A stretch of DNA of 61,323 nt, filler included, from Sphacelaria rigidula (lineage: Eukaryota), in assembly GCA_964200075.2 (NCBI GenBank). It is 8 parts of 8 records of this genome, joined end to end, with 100 filler letters (N's around TTAATTAATTAA, not from the genome) between each part and the next. Parts side by side here need not be neighbours in the genome. Positions count along the whole stretch, not along the records: positions 1 to 7,578 come from CAXNAA020014255.1; positions 7,679 to 15,256 come from CAXNAA020014256.1; 6 more parts are not named here. The stretch is one strand, 5' to 3'. The position numbers and the translations under genes are program-made. Below are positions 1 through 12,800 of the stretch, in pieces (position 1 is the first letter of the stretch; each line of letters starts with the position of its first letter). The notes beneath the pieces were generated by a model, which did not search any database, was not told the origin of the DNA, and saw nothing but the letters and a program-made list of their open reading frames with translations.

Positions 1-60
1 GGGATGCGTGGTCAATGGTCAAATGACTAAGGCAAGCAACAAATGAGTACGCCCCCCCCC
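1..60 (+). mobile_element. 3' terminus of a non-LTR retrotransposon (same family as 33.2-35.7 kb)
   Basis: GGGATGCGTGGTCAATGGTCAAATGACTAAGGCAAGCAACAAATGAGTACG followed by oligo-C matches the 3' ends at about 32607-32660, 35684-35740 and 35794-35845. Confidence 0.7.
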
Positions 61-283
61 TGCTCCTTCTCCCCGAAGTATCCACCACAACGTGTCATCG
101 CATAAACCAATTGACTGCGATTTCGAGGGTAGCTTTCCGCTGCTCGGGTTATGATCCATCCCTAGCACCACCCATCAACCCCAGCATGAGATGCTGGGGC
201 CGGTTTTATCCTACCATCGCTGCACAGATCCCGGAGTAAAATCATATCCTGTGCTGTGAGAGTATGCGGTAGTCCTTGCTTAC

Positions 284-436
284 CGACTTCCAGCAGGGTG
301 AAATGGTTCTCGGAAGCCAGCCTGGCCAAGGCCGCGAGCGCCAGGCGACGAAGTGTATCGTGTTCGTTGCCATCTAAAAGCGCTAGCACAGCGGACACCC
401 CTCGTCCCTCGCATGCTTCCGCCAACGCCTCGCCCT
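284..436 (-). CDS. Isolated internal exon, armadillo/HEAT-like helical repeat
   Basis: Acceptor TTTTTACTCCAG and donor G|GTAAGC bound a 153-nt open phase 1-1 exon encoding GEALAEACEGRGVSAVLALLDGNEHDTLRRLALAALARLASENHFTLLEV. The pattern GV..vl.LL....lrr.Al.AL.rLa resembles an ARM repeat (by eye). No other exons were assigned. Confidence 0.5.
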
Positions 437-501
437 CTGGAGTAAAAACAGCACATGTCGGGTTGCTGACGAGGAGGTTTTGTTCGTTGACTAAATGGTC
501 A

Positions 502-860
502 GTCGCCTCGGTGGCTCAGTTAGTGACCTCGAAACCTTCTGAAGATTGGGTCGTGAGTTCGAATCTCGGTGCGGTCACACGATCCGGGATTGTTTCTCAC
601 ACGGTGCCCAACAGTGGAGAGCGACCATGTCGTGGGCACAAAAAAATCGACTTCACAGTCGACGAGGGAAAGGAACCGCTGAACCCCTCTCGCGATAAAA
701 ATATGGCAAGCACCGCAGTATGGTGGAGAACTAAACCACACAAAGAAAAAGAAAACGCCTGTGTTGGCCTTCCTCATGTGTGACCCCGACTGATGCGCCC
801 ACATAATACCGAAAGGTGTAGACTGACGTCCAGAATAGATGGGATGATAACACACGCACT
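502..860 (+). mobile_element. tRNA-derived SINE, apparently full length
   Basis: Pol III A box TGGCTCAGTTAG (about 512) and B box GTTCGAATC (557-565) lie in a tRNA-like head. The 3' part GTGTGACCCCG...ACCGAAAGGTGTAGACTGACGTCCAGAATAGATGGGA plus a CA-rich tail recurs at about 28.0 and 29.6 kb. Confidence 0.75.
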
Positions 861-3800
861 AAATGATAAGTTGTGCGTGTTATTTCCGGAGAGACAAGGG
901 GGCGGGGGGTAATCGCGGGTGATGGGAAACGGGGACACAACAAGGTGAGAATCGCCCGCAGGGTACTTTTCTTGTACACATTCCCGTTATAAACGGTAGT
1001 ATTTCACCAGTCGACCTTTACAGAGAGCTGGGGTGATTCGTGCGATTCGTTGTTTGAGGTATAAGTGCGTTGCCCAAGTGCTCAGGAAGAGTGCGCGCTA
1101 GTGAGCAGGAAGATCGATTTGGTCATAAAGCAGTGCAGTCTTGTCGTTGGTTTCCTCTGACGATAAGCGTTCCCACCGAACGTTCTATCTCGAGGTGTTC
1201 CAGCTATAAAATCGCATGGCTCCAGTACGTTTCGACGGCACACGAGTCTTTATCGGAGCTCCCTGCGTCAGTCGACTGCTATACCGCGCCACACAAAGTC
1301 GTCGCCGCAAAGGGTGTCCTGGGGCAGCTAGTTTCCTTCATCAATAGTGCCCACCGCTGCGTTTCATTATATACGAACCTTCGCAGCTGAGGTGCTGTAA
1401 CTTCCCCCCTCGATGCCCTGCGGCGCGGACATCTTTGGGGTCAACGGAAGGAACGAACATGTCGGACAGATGACCCAGGGTTCTCAATTTCAATGCTCTG
1501 CGGTGCGAGATCTTGAACCATGAAAAGAATTCGGAACAGGGTAGACAAGGACACGACAAGAGGCAGGAACACACAGGGGTGAAGAAGAACGGTAGGAGAG
1601 GGGAGAGAGGAAGGGATGGCAGGGGCTAGTTAGCTAAAACATTAAGTAAGGTAATCGAAACGGACATTTACGGGGGGAGGGGGGCGTGGAGATCACAGCT
1701 ATATGTATATATATATATTCAGTACGATCATCGCGGTAGGTGCTGATACATAATGAGAGCATGCGCTCGCCCGAAAGACCCTACTTACTCAACTTTACAA
1801 CACCACCCCTACGTGTTGTTGCACGGTACGTATTGCGGTAGACGGTATGCGGGATGGTATTATGCCGTACTGTACTATCAAGTGTGAGTGACGTGCGCAA
1901 CACTTGAAGCGCTCGGGGCTGCCCCTGCGTACTCCAGTCCCACCTACTGAAATTCCAGGCGACCGCAGAAATACACAGGAGCATAAAATCGCCGACATTC
2001 ACAAATGCGGGGCGCTTTCAAAGGTAAGGTGCGGGGTACAATTGACGAATACCTTAACGGTTCCACTACGGGCCTCCGCGGCTTGTTCGTGGGTGATCCT
2101 CGCATGGGTCATCCAATCATGTATTTGGTGCAGCCCCGCAATCAGCAGGAGCCCGTGGTGCGTCCACTCCTTTTCTGGGAGCATTGTCGACAATCGGGTG
2201 GAAGAGCCCAGCGGCCAAGTCGACAACATCCCAGTTTACAACTTCGATGCTATTGATGAAAATATCAACGCTGGGTAGCCGCAAGATCAGCGCTGTACGG
2301 CCGCAGACCTTGTCGCAATAATTGTATGCCCTGTCCCGGAAGCAGTCGATTTTGAATATGTACCCAGTCATTTTACCCCATACTTTGAAGTCGCCTGAAA
2401 GGGCAGAGTTTTTCCTGTGACCCTTTATTCTCCCACAGATGTGATAGAACCACGAAAATCCTGCAAATACGGAGTACAATACTCCACGACCGCGTTTGTA
2501 AGGAAGACGAATCGGCACTTGAAAACAAAACGCAGCGCCTTTGCTACAGCAATGTCTCCCACGTCCTCTCATCAACCCCCGGAGCGAAAAACTACAAACT
2601 GTAGGCAGCACTCGCGCACCCGCGAAACGTCCAACGTGCAGCCCGACCGGAACGTATCTTCGACCGGCGAGCTGTTTCAGCAACGGGCAACCCTCGAGCA
2701 TGTCATGATCATCACGGGGATCTACGCGATACTTGACGGATACCTGGAAAAAGCAAAGCCGTTGTGGCCAACGTAGAGATATATGCATATATACATCTTA
2801 CTGTTTTTATAAGCATCATGCAGTAGGGCGGGCACCCGTGGGAGGGTGGGGGGGGAGGGGGTCATTTCTTGGCTTCTCGTAGTTGCTCCTATCCTGTGTG
2901 TGAGGGGGAGAGACGAATCATAACTGATGACAAGTTCGTGATTTCCAGCCACAGGCCATATCAACATTAGAGGTGACATTATTAACAGACCTGACCGTCA
3001 GGAGTTTTCTCGATAGCCCACACCACGGCCTGCATCTCGATCCAAGCGTCTCCGGGCGCATAGGGCGGCTGAAGTATATATACCTTTTCGCTGAGGCGTA
3101 AGATCTGCGGGTGCGCGTGAGATAACTACGACACGGATGATGACCAGGAGAAAAACATCGTATCACATGGATTAGTGCTTGCTTCGTATCGCAGTAAATC
3201 TGCTACAACAAGCACAGAGCCTGCACTCCCTCGTAAGCGAAGGCCCTAAATGACGAAGGTCATCTCTGATACCTTCGATTCGGAAGGATGGATAGACCTT
3301 GGGATTCTGTGTGAAGATGCAGATGGTCTATTCATAGATGGATATCTACTAATGGAAAACAACGTTTCTTGCAAGCTTAACCATAAAGTGTGCCCTTGTT
3401 CTTGTACAGGTGAGGGCATCGATGACGTACATGGAAAATGTGAATTAACGCGTTGGGAAAAGTTGTTTCACGATAGCAACAGGCGGGGGTGATTGAATCA
3501 CGCTACGGCCAAAACGTGTGCCAGAGATCAGGGACTGCGTAAACCGCGGTGTACGTAACGCTACTGCAACACGTGTCGAATCTATCCTGTGCACAAGGTC
3601 ATTGCTCAGAGGTTTGGTCGCGGACAATAATGCACTAGATCAGCCCGGCCCCACCAGTTGCTGGTCGTTTCTGATGTTGCACATTCAAGCGCCGCTGTTT
3701 ATGCTGAGAGGCGTCGACGCATCACATACGTACCTCCTCTTCCAAGTCGATCGCAAATGGTCGCATCAGGTTCCTCCCGGTGGCCCTGTCATGCCCATGA

Positions 3801-6800
3801 GAAGATGCCATTTCCTCCTCACTGCAGGGAACGCCTTTTTTATCATCACCTCGCCCTTTCCGCCATTTTTTGCTGTCTGATTTGGACGATCCGCGCGACA
3901 AACCCTCGCGCTTCGGTTCACGACTTTTTATGCAGCGCAGATCCCTGAAGCCGCTACCGTCGCCAGCATTGTAGTCGTGCGTCCGTTGTTCCTGTTTAGC
4001 ACCTATTTGTTCAAGTTCTCCGGGGGCTCGACCTCCTCCCGCTAACTTCTCCGTGCCTTCTGAAGTACCGTCTTGCGACAGCTTCGGGCTCACATCCGTC
4101 TGTGCTTTCAGCGGTAGTTGAGTGTATCGTGGACCCGATTTTTGCCCGGGTTTGGGGCCGTGGGTTTCCGGAGGAGATGAGGGCTGTTGCAGACGAGCGT
4201 TCGGGACAGCGGCATCGAGCTTGACGCAGCTCACCATTGCCGGTACTGGCGCCTTGTCGTTGAAGTCCAGTGGAGGGAAGAAAAACTTGGCCGTGTCTGT
4301 ACGGCATTCCCATGCCAGCTACGTGCCGTCGTGTGGTTGACCGGGCGCACGGTTTTTATGTGAAGGAAGGTCACATGCCAGGCTTGATTTGTCAGCATGG
4401 GAAAGGGCAATGACGAGTGCGGCGTTGAAAATGAAAATTGCACATCGGAGTAGATTGTGACAATGTTGACATTTACCAAAATATACTAGAGAGGTTGCAT
4501 GCATTGGTGCACCTCTTGCCATGCTTTGAACCTTACCCCACGCGTTCGATTGCTGCTCGTCAGAAGTTTCAACTTGAAAGTTGGAGTCGCGCTGTCAAAA
4601 GCAATGGTTGATCATTCCAGACTCTTGATCGTACTCGCATGCCCCCCCTCAGTATCTCACCGTTGAGTCCTCCGCTCTGTAAAAAATGCAGTTGGCATAC
4701 TGAGCCGCGAACCCGTCGGAGAAGGCCGATCTCGTGGACACCACATATAGTTCTTCACGAGTCATTGACAACACAGAAGGAGAAATGCATGAAGCTGAAT
4801 GAACCATGTTGGTGTTGTATGTGCATCCCTGTATCTCTCGCAAACAAGAGAAATCATGCGGAAAGTCATTCCATGTCGTTCTCGCAGTGTGATGAGCCGG
4901 ATGAGACATGACGTTATCCCCAGCAAAATACTGCCGTTATCTATACGCCTGCAGTCATCAGGGTTCATGACAGATTCTACTGGATCTAGCAGCGATAATA
5001 AATAGGTATCATGCGCCGTTTGTTACAGTGTCGATTACTCTACGGACAGCGCAGTACCTCCTTCAGAACCTATGCCTTCGAGAAGAAGTCCCACCGCGTG
5101 CCACAACACCACACCCATGTTGAACCCCGTGTCTCGGACAACGATCTGGCAGATCGCACCGGTTTTGGTCTGGTCCCGAGGCCACGTCGTTCCAGGTCTA
5201 TCTTTCGCTACCGTCACCGCTGTCTTACGATCTAGGTAAGAAATTGCATTCTCGCTCTGTTGTCCGAGCTCCACCGCGGCTTCTGCCCGTGCGCAAAATC
5301 TGTCCAGTGGATAAAACGGCGCCATGATCCTGATCTAATGAACCGGCAACATTGGGTTCACGAAGGATGGAGCAGTGCTCACGCCCTCTGAGCTCTCGCC
5401 CAACACCAGTTCAACGATAAACAAATATCACAAAGAGCACTACATCCGCACGATTGTGTTACACACTTGGGACAACAATATACCTGCTTGTACAATCAGT
5501 GCGGTAGCTACATGCGCAAAGTATGTACAGAAGCATCGTACGATGCTCACGTATACAGTCAATACGAGTACCGCAACTACAAGCTGTACACGAGTTGATG
5601 ATACGGTATCTAACTCGCCGCATGAAACGGTTGATATCCACTGTCTGTTGTAGCGTTGTAGCGCTCAACTGTTGACTGCTGTGCTGTTGTACGGTCACTG
5701 TCTGAACAGCAACCTGTGCGCGTACTGCCGGGAGGACTGAGGAGTGACGTTCCGGGTATCCACAAGGCCTTGCGTTGAGATTTTTCGAGAAGCGCAAATC
5801 GACCAGAAATATCTCTGTGAGTAATGATTATGGCACAGGACGTATCATTTTACATACTGTGTGTACGTACATGGCGTATATATGTAGCGGTTCAGCGGTA
5901 CCTGTATCGTCATGCGCAGCAGCAGCTGCAAGTGCGCTTGCAGCACACGCGATCAACGGGGTAGAGTCGCTCTTATATGGTCAAGTAGACCTTTCTGTCG
6001 ACATGTTCTCAATGAGGAGTAAAATAACAATACTGTTTAGGCACTTACTGCGGCTGGAGGAACACGAGGTGGGCGGTGGGGCAGGGGAGAACAGCAAATG
6101 ACGACCTCCGAGTCATCAATAATATATGGAGTACATAGATGGAACTCGAAATAGGCTGTACCACTGTGCAGTGTGTAGTGTTGGAGTAACGACGCTGGCG
6201 GCGTATTGTTATTTTCAAATCAGAAGTGTGCAGCGCAACCGTGGATGCCGTGACTCTACTTATGCTATCAAGTAGGCCTACTTTCTACGATAATCGCAAT
6301 TCATGACATGGTTTGAGTCACATGATCGATCCATGGTAGCGACGGCGCTCCTGATCGTACTGTACTTCGTCTATACTGCTGTATACACGGCAGTACAACG
6401 ACGGCGGAGTGTTTGTGCTCCTGCTAAACTGGCTCTATTAATTGCCCGTGCGGCTGTCTTCCAGCGATGGGAGTCATCGGTTGTTGTGCGATGCCTCGCA
6501 GTAACGTCGTAGGTCGGTTGCTATTGATGGGAGGGGGGGGAGGGGGGGGGGGTGAGTATTAGTAGTGACTTCATCGAAAACAAGGGCCGAGCGATATACA
6601 GATCGTGCTTTGACTTCTTGAATTTTACATTCGATACCAATTTCCACAGATATTCGGAGCAGTAGTGCAACACGTGGTATTAGTAGTATAAAATAGACTA
6701 TAATCAGCGTGTGGTGGGTTTCAGGATGTATCACTCGGGCAGCCAAGAAACCCAACCTCCAGTTTCTCCACAGCAGACAATAAGTACCGAAGTGCTGTAC

Positions 6801-7383
6801 TGTATCTGTGAGGTCTCGTTTACCGAAGTCTATTTGAGTAGGCATTCCTATAAACGACCGATTCTCAAAAATCGGGTTGAAAATTAAAATGAAGTTCGAG
6901 TGGCATAACAATTTTTCAGGAATGGTGCGAAACACGTACTGTACACCAAGGCAAAGCATCTTCCTCCCAAAACATTATGTAGCAGCAATAAAGCAGGGGT
7001 GGCTAGGTGCACCGAGCGGATGCAATGTACACGCGTGTCGATAACGGTATCACCAGAGAGAGGAGCAACGGCGGAGAGGAATCTCCTCGCTGGTGTCCTT
7101 TGTGTGTCCTCGTTCAGCGATTCCCAATCGCTCGAGATTGACATCATGTTACCATCATATACCCAAGTTCCCATGTGTCGCCAGGCGGATTATTGTAGCA
7201 CAGTCGTTCCGGAAACAAGATCGCGATGCCCACGGTTGTCGTCTCTTGTCTGTGGCGCTGACCAATGCAAAGATCGATTTCTCTCTGCCTCCCTTCTTGG
7301 ACACGACGTGCCTCTGTGCGCAGTAGAACACGTTGTCGAAAAGCAGGGCGATGTTCCCGTCAGCGTTACTGTTCTCATACATA

Positions 7384-7578
7384 CGAGCTGGGCCAGCCTA
7401 GAGGCAGGATTGAAGTTTGCAGGCCCATGCTCTTTTATACATTTAGAGTTGGACCCTGAAATTTGGTATGGACAGTGCATAGGGCATGGAAAAAAATATT
7501 GCTGAAGTACTAAAAGTGTTTTTTTTTTTTCACGAGTTAGGGGCATTTTACTGATACCTGAAAACCGATTATTGGCCT
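7384..7578 (+). mobile_element. Left end of a TA-flanked MITE (TIR CGAGCTGGGCCAGCC), cut by the scaffold end
   Basis: TA|CGAGCTGGGCCAGCCTAGAGGC; the sequence is alignable with the copies at 11602, 22336, 27817 (reverse) and 29686. Confidence 0.8.
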
Positions 7579-7678
7579 NNNNNNNNNNNNNNNNNNNNNN
7601 NNNNNNNNNNNNNNNNNNNNNNTTAATTAATTAANNNNNNNNNNNNNNNNNNNNNNNNNNNNNNNNNNNNNNNNNNNN
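7579..7678. other. Artificial scaffold spacer N44-TTAATTAATTAA-N44
   Basis: Identical 100-bp linker with stop codons in all six frames, recurring every 7,678 bp. Confidence 0.98.
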
Positions 7679-9861
7679 GGATTGATTCGTCACGAGTTAA
7701 CTCATGATACTAAAACCAAGTAATTTCCAGACGAATGATTATTCGTCCGACCTTTGCTACGGTTGTTGAAATACAACACCAAACAGTTATACGAGTATCG
7801 GTTTGACATCTCGCAAATAATCGATAATAAATGATACACGTCGGTATATATGTTTGACATGCAGATACAGGTAGATATGCTCATACTATGCATTCGGAAG
7901 TTCTTGAACTCATAATTAATATTATTATTTCATCAACTTCTCTCTGTATGCTCACGCGTTCTATTCACGTCAGCTAGCGGTACCGAACACGGGAATGCCG
8001 CTCACACCTCCAAGCGCACGTATGTATCGGCGCGCGGCAACTCTAAACACAAGGAAAAATGGCAAAAAGACAAAAACGCTCAACACCAAGCATACGTACA
8101 ATCAGGGCATCAGGCAGTGTACAGTCAACAGCGGCAGTCGCACACTCACAACGATACAAGTGCCTCAAGTAAAGCGTGACTGGCGATTGGGTCAACATGG
8201 TGGAAGATGACAACACCACAACAAACAATACACAATCGCTCTACTCCATGCAACAGCAGCACGGCACATCGCCGATCGAAACATTTTTCGTGGCTCAGCA
8301 CACGCAAACACACGAAAAGTTCCCCCTCCCCCCCCCACTCGGCACGGTACATCTTGTGCGCCGCAACGCAGGCGATGAACCCCGGATACAGTAGACACAC
8401 GATGGTTGGCTGTGTGAGTGTACTTTCGACGTGATGCACGTACGGCAGGAAGCAGTGCACACGACACTGTAAATATCATGGTACACAGCACAGCGATCAA
8501 AACTCTGAGTGGCGCGCGCGCGGGGGGGGGGTGGGGAGGAGAGAAGATAGAAAGAACGGTACGTTTCGATTCATTCACCGCCGCGTCGATTCTACTTTAC
8601 TAAGGTAATCGCCGAGACAAGGGCTTCTGGTGACAGTCACTGACTGCACAGTAGACGACTACACATCAAGGTGAGTGGATCAAGCGGTCAATAAACCAAC
8701 CAATGGACCGAGGGGCCGACGGACCCACCGCCGGACCGGCCTCCTCGTGAAGTCGCCGGACGGAAGCACAACACCAAAATGAACGACTGAAAAAAAAAAA
8801 AGGACTCACGAAAGTAACCCTGGGCTAAACGTTTGGGGGAGAAGAAGAGGAACCGAAGGCCACGGAACAACAATAAGCCAAACTAAATGTATGCATCAAT
8901 CATACTCCATGCACACTTACACGACGAAAAGAAAAAAGCCGCGACCAAAAGAGCAGGGGGAGAAAAAGACATTTGTTTTGTGGCACTGCGCTCTTCACGG
9001 CAGCAACCCCCTCTACTATAATTACGCTTCAAACAAATAAAGACCCAAGGCTGGCTTTTCAACGCACAGAGCGATTGGAGATGGGAAACGGGGGGCTTTG
9101 GACACGCAAAAGCGCAAAAACTGAATAAAATAGTGAATAGAGCTGTATGTTCAGCAGATTCACATCACGTCGGCGAAAATACACGTGCTGGGTTAAGTCA
9201 ACCGGCGCAATAAGCTATCTTCAGAAGAGCTATTAATAGAGGAGAAAAAAGAATAAAGTAACTTGACCCACGTTCACGTCTATCCACTCCTGCTTCTTAC
9301 TCTACAGACGCACTGAAAATATGTTCGAGGGATGAAAAAGAAAACATAAAGTGAACTTGACCGTTACCGACACCATGTTGGAATCTATAGTGGTACTACC
9401 GCAGGGTAAGAAATCGTACATCCGCAAAACAAAAACCGTCATGAGCAAAAAATGAAGAAATTGTTTCACACGAATGAATAAATAAATGAATGAATGAATG
9501 AGTAGGCCATCATCCATGGCTGAAAAGACTCAGCACGATGAGCTGCTAACTGGTTCTTTGGCGTCATATGTATGCGTTGGTAACATCAAGTACAACACGA
9601 CGAACAAATAAACAAACGCAAGCATAGGACACGCAAACCATTCCGTCAGCTCCATTTTCACACCGCGATTACAGAGAAGAAACAAAAAAGATAAAACAAA
9701 ACAACTTCGAAAGTCAAACACCACAAACGCACAGAACACACACATACATACAGCACACACATCCCGTGCCCACACCCCCGAAACACACAAAAACAAACCA
9801 ATACTGTCAACACAACACCAAACACTCAGCAACATTGAACCCCCTAACCCAGCAGAAAAAA

Positions 9862-12800
9862 TCAAAACGGAAGCGCAGGAGGGTATTCACTCTTTCCCCA
9901 CAATGCCTTATCGGCATTATAGTAGTAGTAATCCGACTCCGGCATATACCATTCACGTGCAGGCGACTCTTCCCCCTCGGGACTTTCCAAATAATCCAAC
10001 ACTACCGCCTGTAACTCTTGGAACTCCTTTACTGCCTCCTTTAGCCCTTCCGTATGTAACGCCTTCACCTGAAAAGCACAACATTGAGAGAGAGCCGAGG
10101 TGGAGGGGGGAGGCATGTTTGTCCCTTGGATTTGTTCGGGGAAAAAAACGGAGATGATCTATATCCACACGGAGATGAGTAGCCAAACAGCAAGCAAATA
10201 TGCAATTTCGACATGCGTTGCATGAAAAAGTGCGGTATGTAAGCTCACGAGACCATCATCCGATCTCTGGATTATTATCATCCATGATTATTATTTTCGC
10301 ACGTAAGTCCGATCTAACGAACCCGTGGTCACAGACGTGGACTCGTCTTTCCAACACCGTCCCTGCTATTCCCTGCAAGACATATTACCGGTAATAAAAA
10401 TAAAGAATAATGAATCAAATATGATACACAGTATAATAGAACAGAATCTTCTTCGAGGAGGATGTACTCATGATCATGCGTGCCATAGTCATCAGACCAT
10501 TGGGGGGAGACGAACCGGATGGCATCCAACGTAAATTCGCCTGCAGTCATTCCGACCGCGTCCTTGCTGCATCTTTTTCCGCGACAGTCGCAAATGGTCG
10601 TTCATACACACACATCTACGTAAGGAAAGCGACAGCACAGATATGCATCGATTTTGGAACAAGGGTCGAGGGAACGAGTGCACAGACCTGCATGGGTGGG
10701 TGTGGGTAGGGGAAGGAATACATCACCCACCCCGGTCTCCAGTCCAGAGACATGGGTACCCCGGATACCAAGAGCCTTCATTCAAGACAGGTAGTAGTAC
10801 CGCACACTTTTTTGGTATTGCTCAGTGGAGTACATGACATAGCTGCAGACAAGCACAGTAGACACAAACGTCAACCACGTAGACGTATTATTGCGGTATG
10901 CTGCGGTTTCACAACAATTATGGACCTCTGGCTGACTGACAACAACAATCTTTCATCCGTTAAAGAAGCACGGGGGACGGGGGACGGGGGATTGCAACTA
11001 CGCCATGCTCCTTACACCCAAACCTGATTTGCGTGCCTCAAGCGGGCTTGACCTCGCCGTAGCGCTTAGCAACAAGATCGAGGATGTTTCGCTGATGTAT
11101 AACAATGTTTTCGTGAGATTCAAGCGAGACACCAAACTGCGGCTTGCACACACCACGAAATAAACACACACATATATACAGAGAGAGAAGGAGAGGGCTC
11201 GACCCCCATCATATTTCTTGCAAATACACCCACACACCCACACACACACAATTTCAGGTCTGTGGGTGGGTGTAGGGGAGCACTTACCTTTGCGTAATGC
11301 TCCTTCGCGGCTTCATACAGCCTGGCGTCCAAGATCGTCAGGTCTTCCAGAGTGCGCACCGTCTGGCATGAAACAGAGAAAACCCGGGCATCAGTATCAG
11401 CATCAAACGAAAACATCCAAGACTGTTCGAGAAGCGCTAGAGGAGAGCAGCGTGAAAAGGGCAAACTGTGGATTCTAGAACAAGCAAAAAACGGTGGGAG
11501 CTAGTGTGTTGTTGGCCTTCTTGAGGTTAACGGAAGCACACCAGAATGCTACCAAGGCGGTGATACTTGCGTGCAAGTGTCTCGTTTGACGGTTCAGCGT
11601 ACGAGCTGGGCCAGCCTAGAGGCGAATTGAAATTTGACGGCGAATGCGCCGGCCAATATTGAGAGTTTGAGCGTAAATTTTTGTATGAACAACGCATAGG
11701 GCATAAAAATACATATTAAAGAAGCACCAGGAGGTTTTGTTTTTTTTCGTGAGTTAAGAGCATTTTATTGATACCTGAAAACTGATTATTGCCCTTAGCT
11801 CACGAAAAAAAAATCCTGGTGCTTTAATATTTCTTTTTATGCCCTATGCATTGTCCATTGTCCATGCCAAATTTTACGCTCCAACTCCAAATATTGGCCG
11901 GCGCATTCGCCTTACAAAAACCGGGTCGGTAGAAATCCGGGACAGTATTTCGCAGGCCACTCACGGGCCCACGTTTGTTTTTTGTGTATTGAAATTTGGC
12001 GTGGGCCCTCGCTAGGGCATAATCAACATAACTCAGTGGGTCAATTTTATTTTTATTTCTTTTTCACTGGTGTAGGGCGTTTTAGTGTGGTAACGACGTT
12101 TGGTAACGACCATTTTTTTACGAGAACGCCCGAACCTCGCCCCTCCCCCTTCCCCAAACTAAGGCCCATTTTTCTTTTTTGGAGGGGGGAGAGGTTCGGG
12201 CGTTCTCCATGCTGTACACCCTGGACAAAATATTCTACTGTCAAAAAATGTACCGCGTACGGTATTGAATCTTTTGTCTATTGCAATAGGCGCAATAGTC
12301 GATACTGTACGCAGTACACTTTTCGACTATGTATTCTTTTGTCCAGGGTATGCCACGCTGAGTTTCAAATCACATTTTGAAAAATTGAGCTGAAAAGTTG
12401 AGATAAGACCCAAGAGCAATGATCATTTCTCCTCAAAACTCCCCTAAAAAACACGAAAAAAATTGGAAAAAATTGAGAAAAAATTGAGAAAAAAAATGAA
12501 AAAAAAAGAAAAACAAAAAAATTGTAATCCACTAGCGGTTCTCCATACCAAGTTTCATAGAACAACTTTCAGAAATTGAGACGCGATATCCAGAGTTGGG
12601 GCATCTAGTGCCTCGAGCTAAAAAGTTGAGATAAGACCCAAGAGCAAGTTCATTTCTCCTCAAAACTCCCCTAAAAAACACGAAAAAAATGGAAAAAATT
12701 GAGAAAAAAATTGAGAAAAATATATATTAAAAAAAAAAAATTGTAATCCACTAGCGGTTCTCCAAACCAAATTTCAAAGCACAACTCTCAGAAACTGAGA

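Noticed and set aside
502..578. Functional tRNA gene
   Set aside because: A and B boxes are present but no clean cloverleaf was found, and it is attached to a repeated SINE body.
7623..7634. Recurrent palindrome TTAATTAATTAA as a biological motif
   Set aside because: It is always centred in N44 padding, so it is a synthetic six-frame stop linker.
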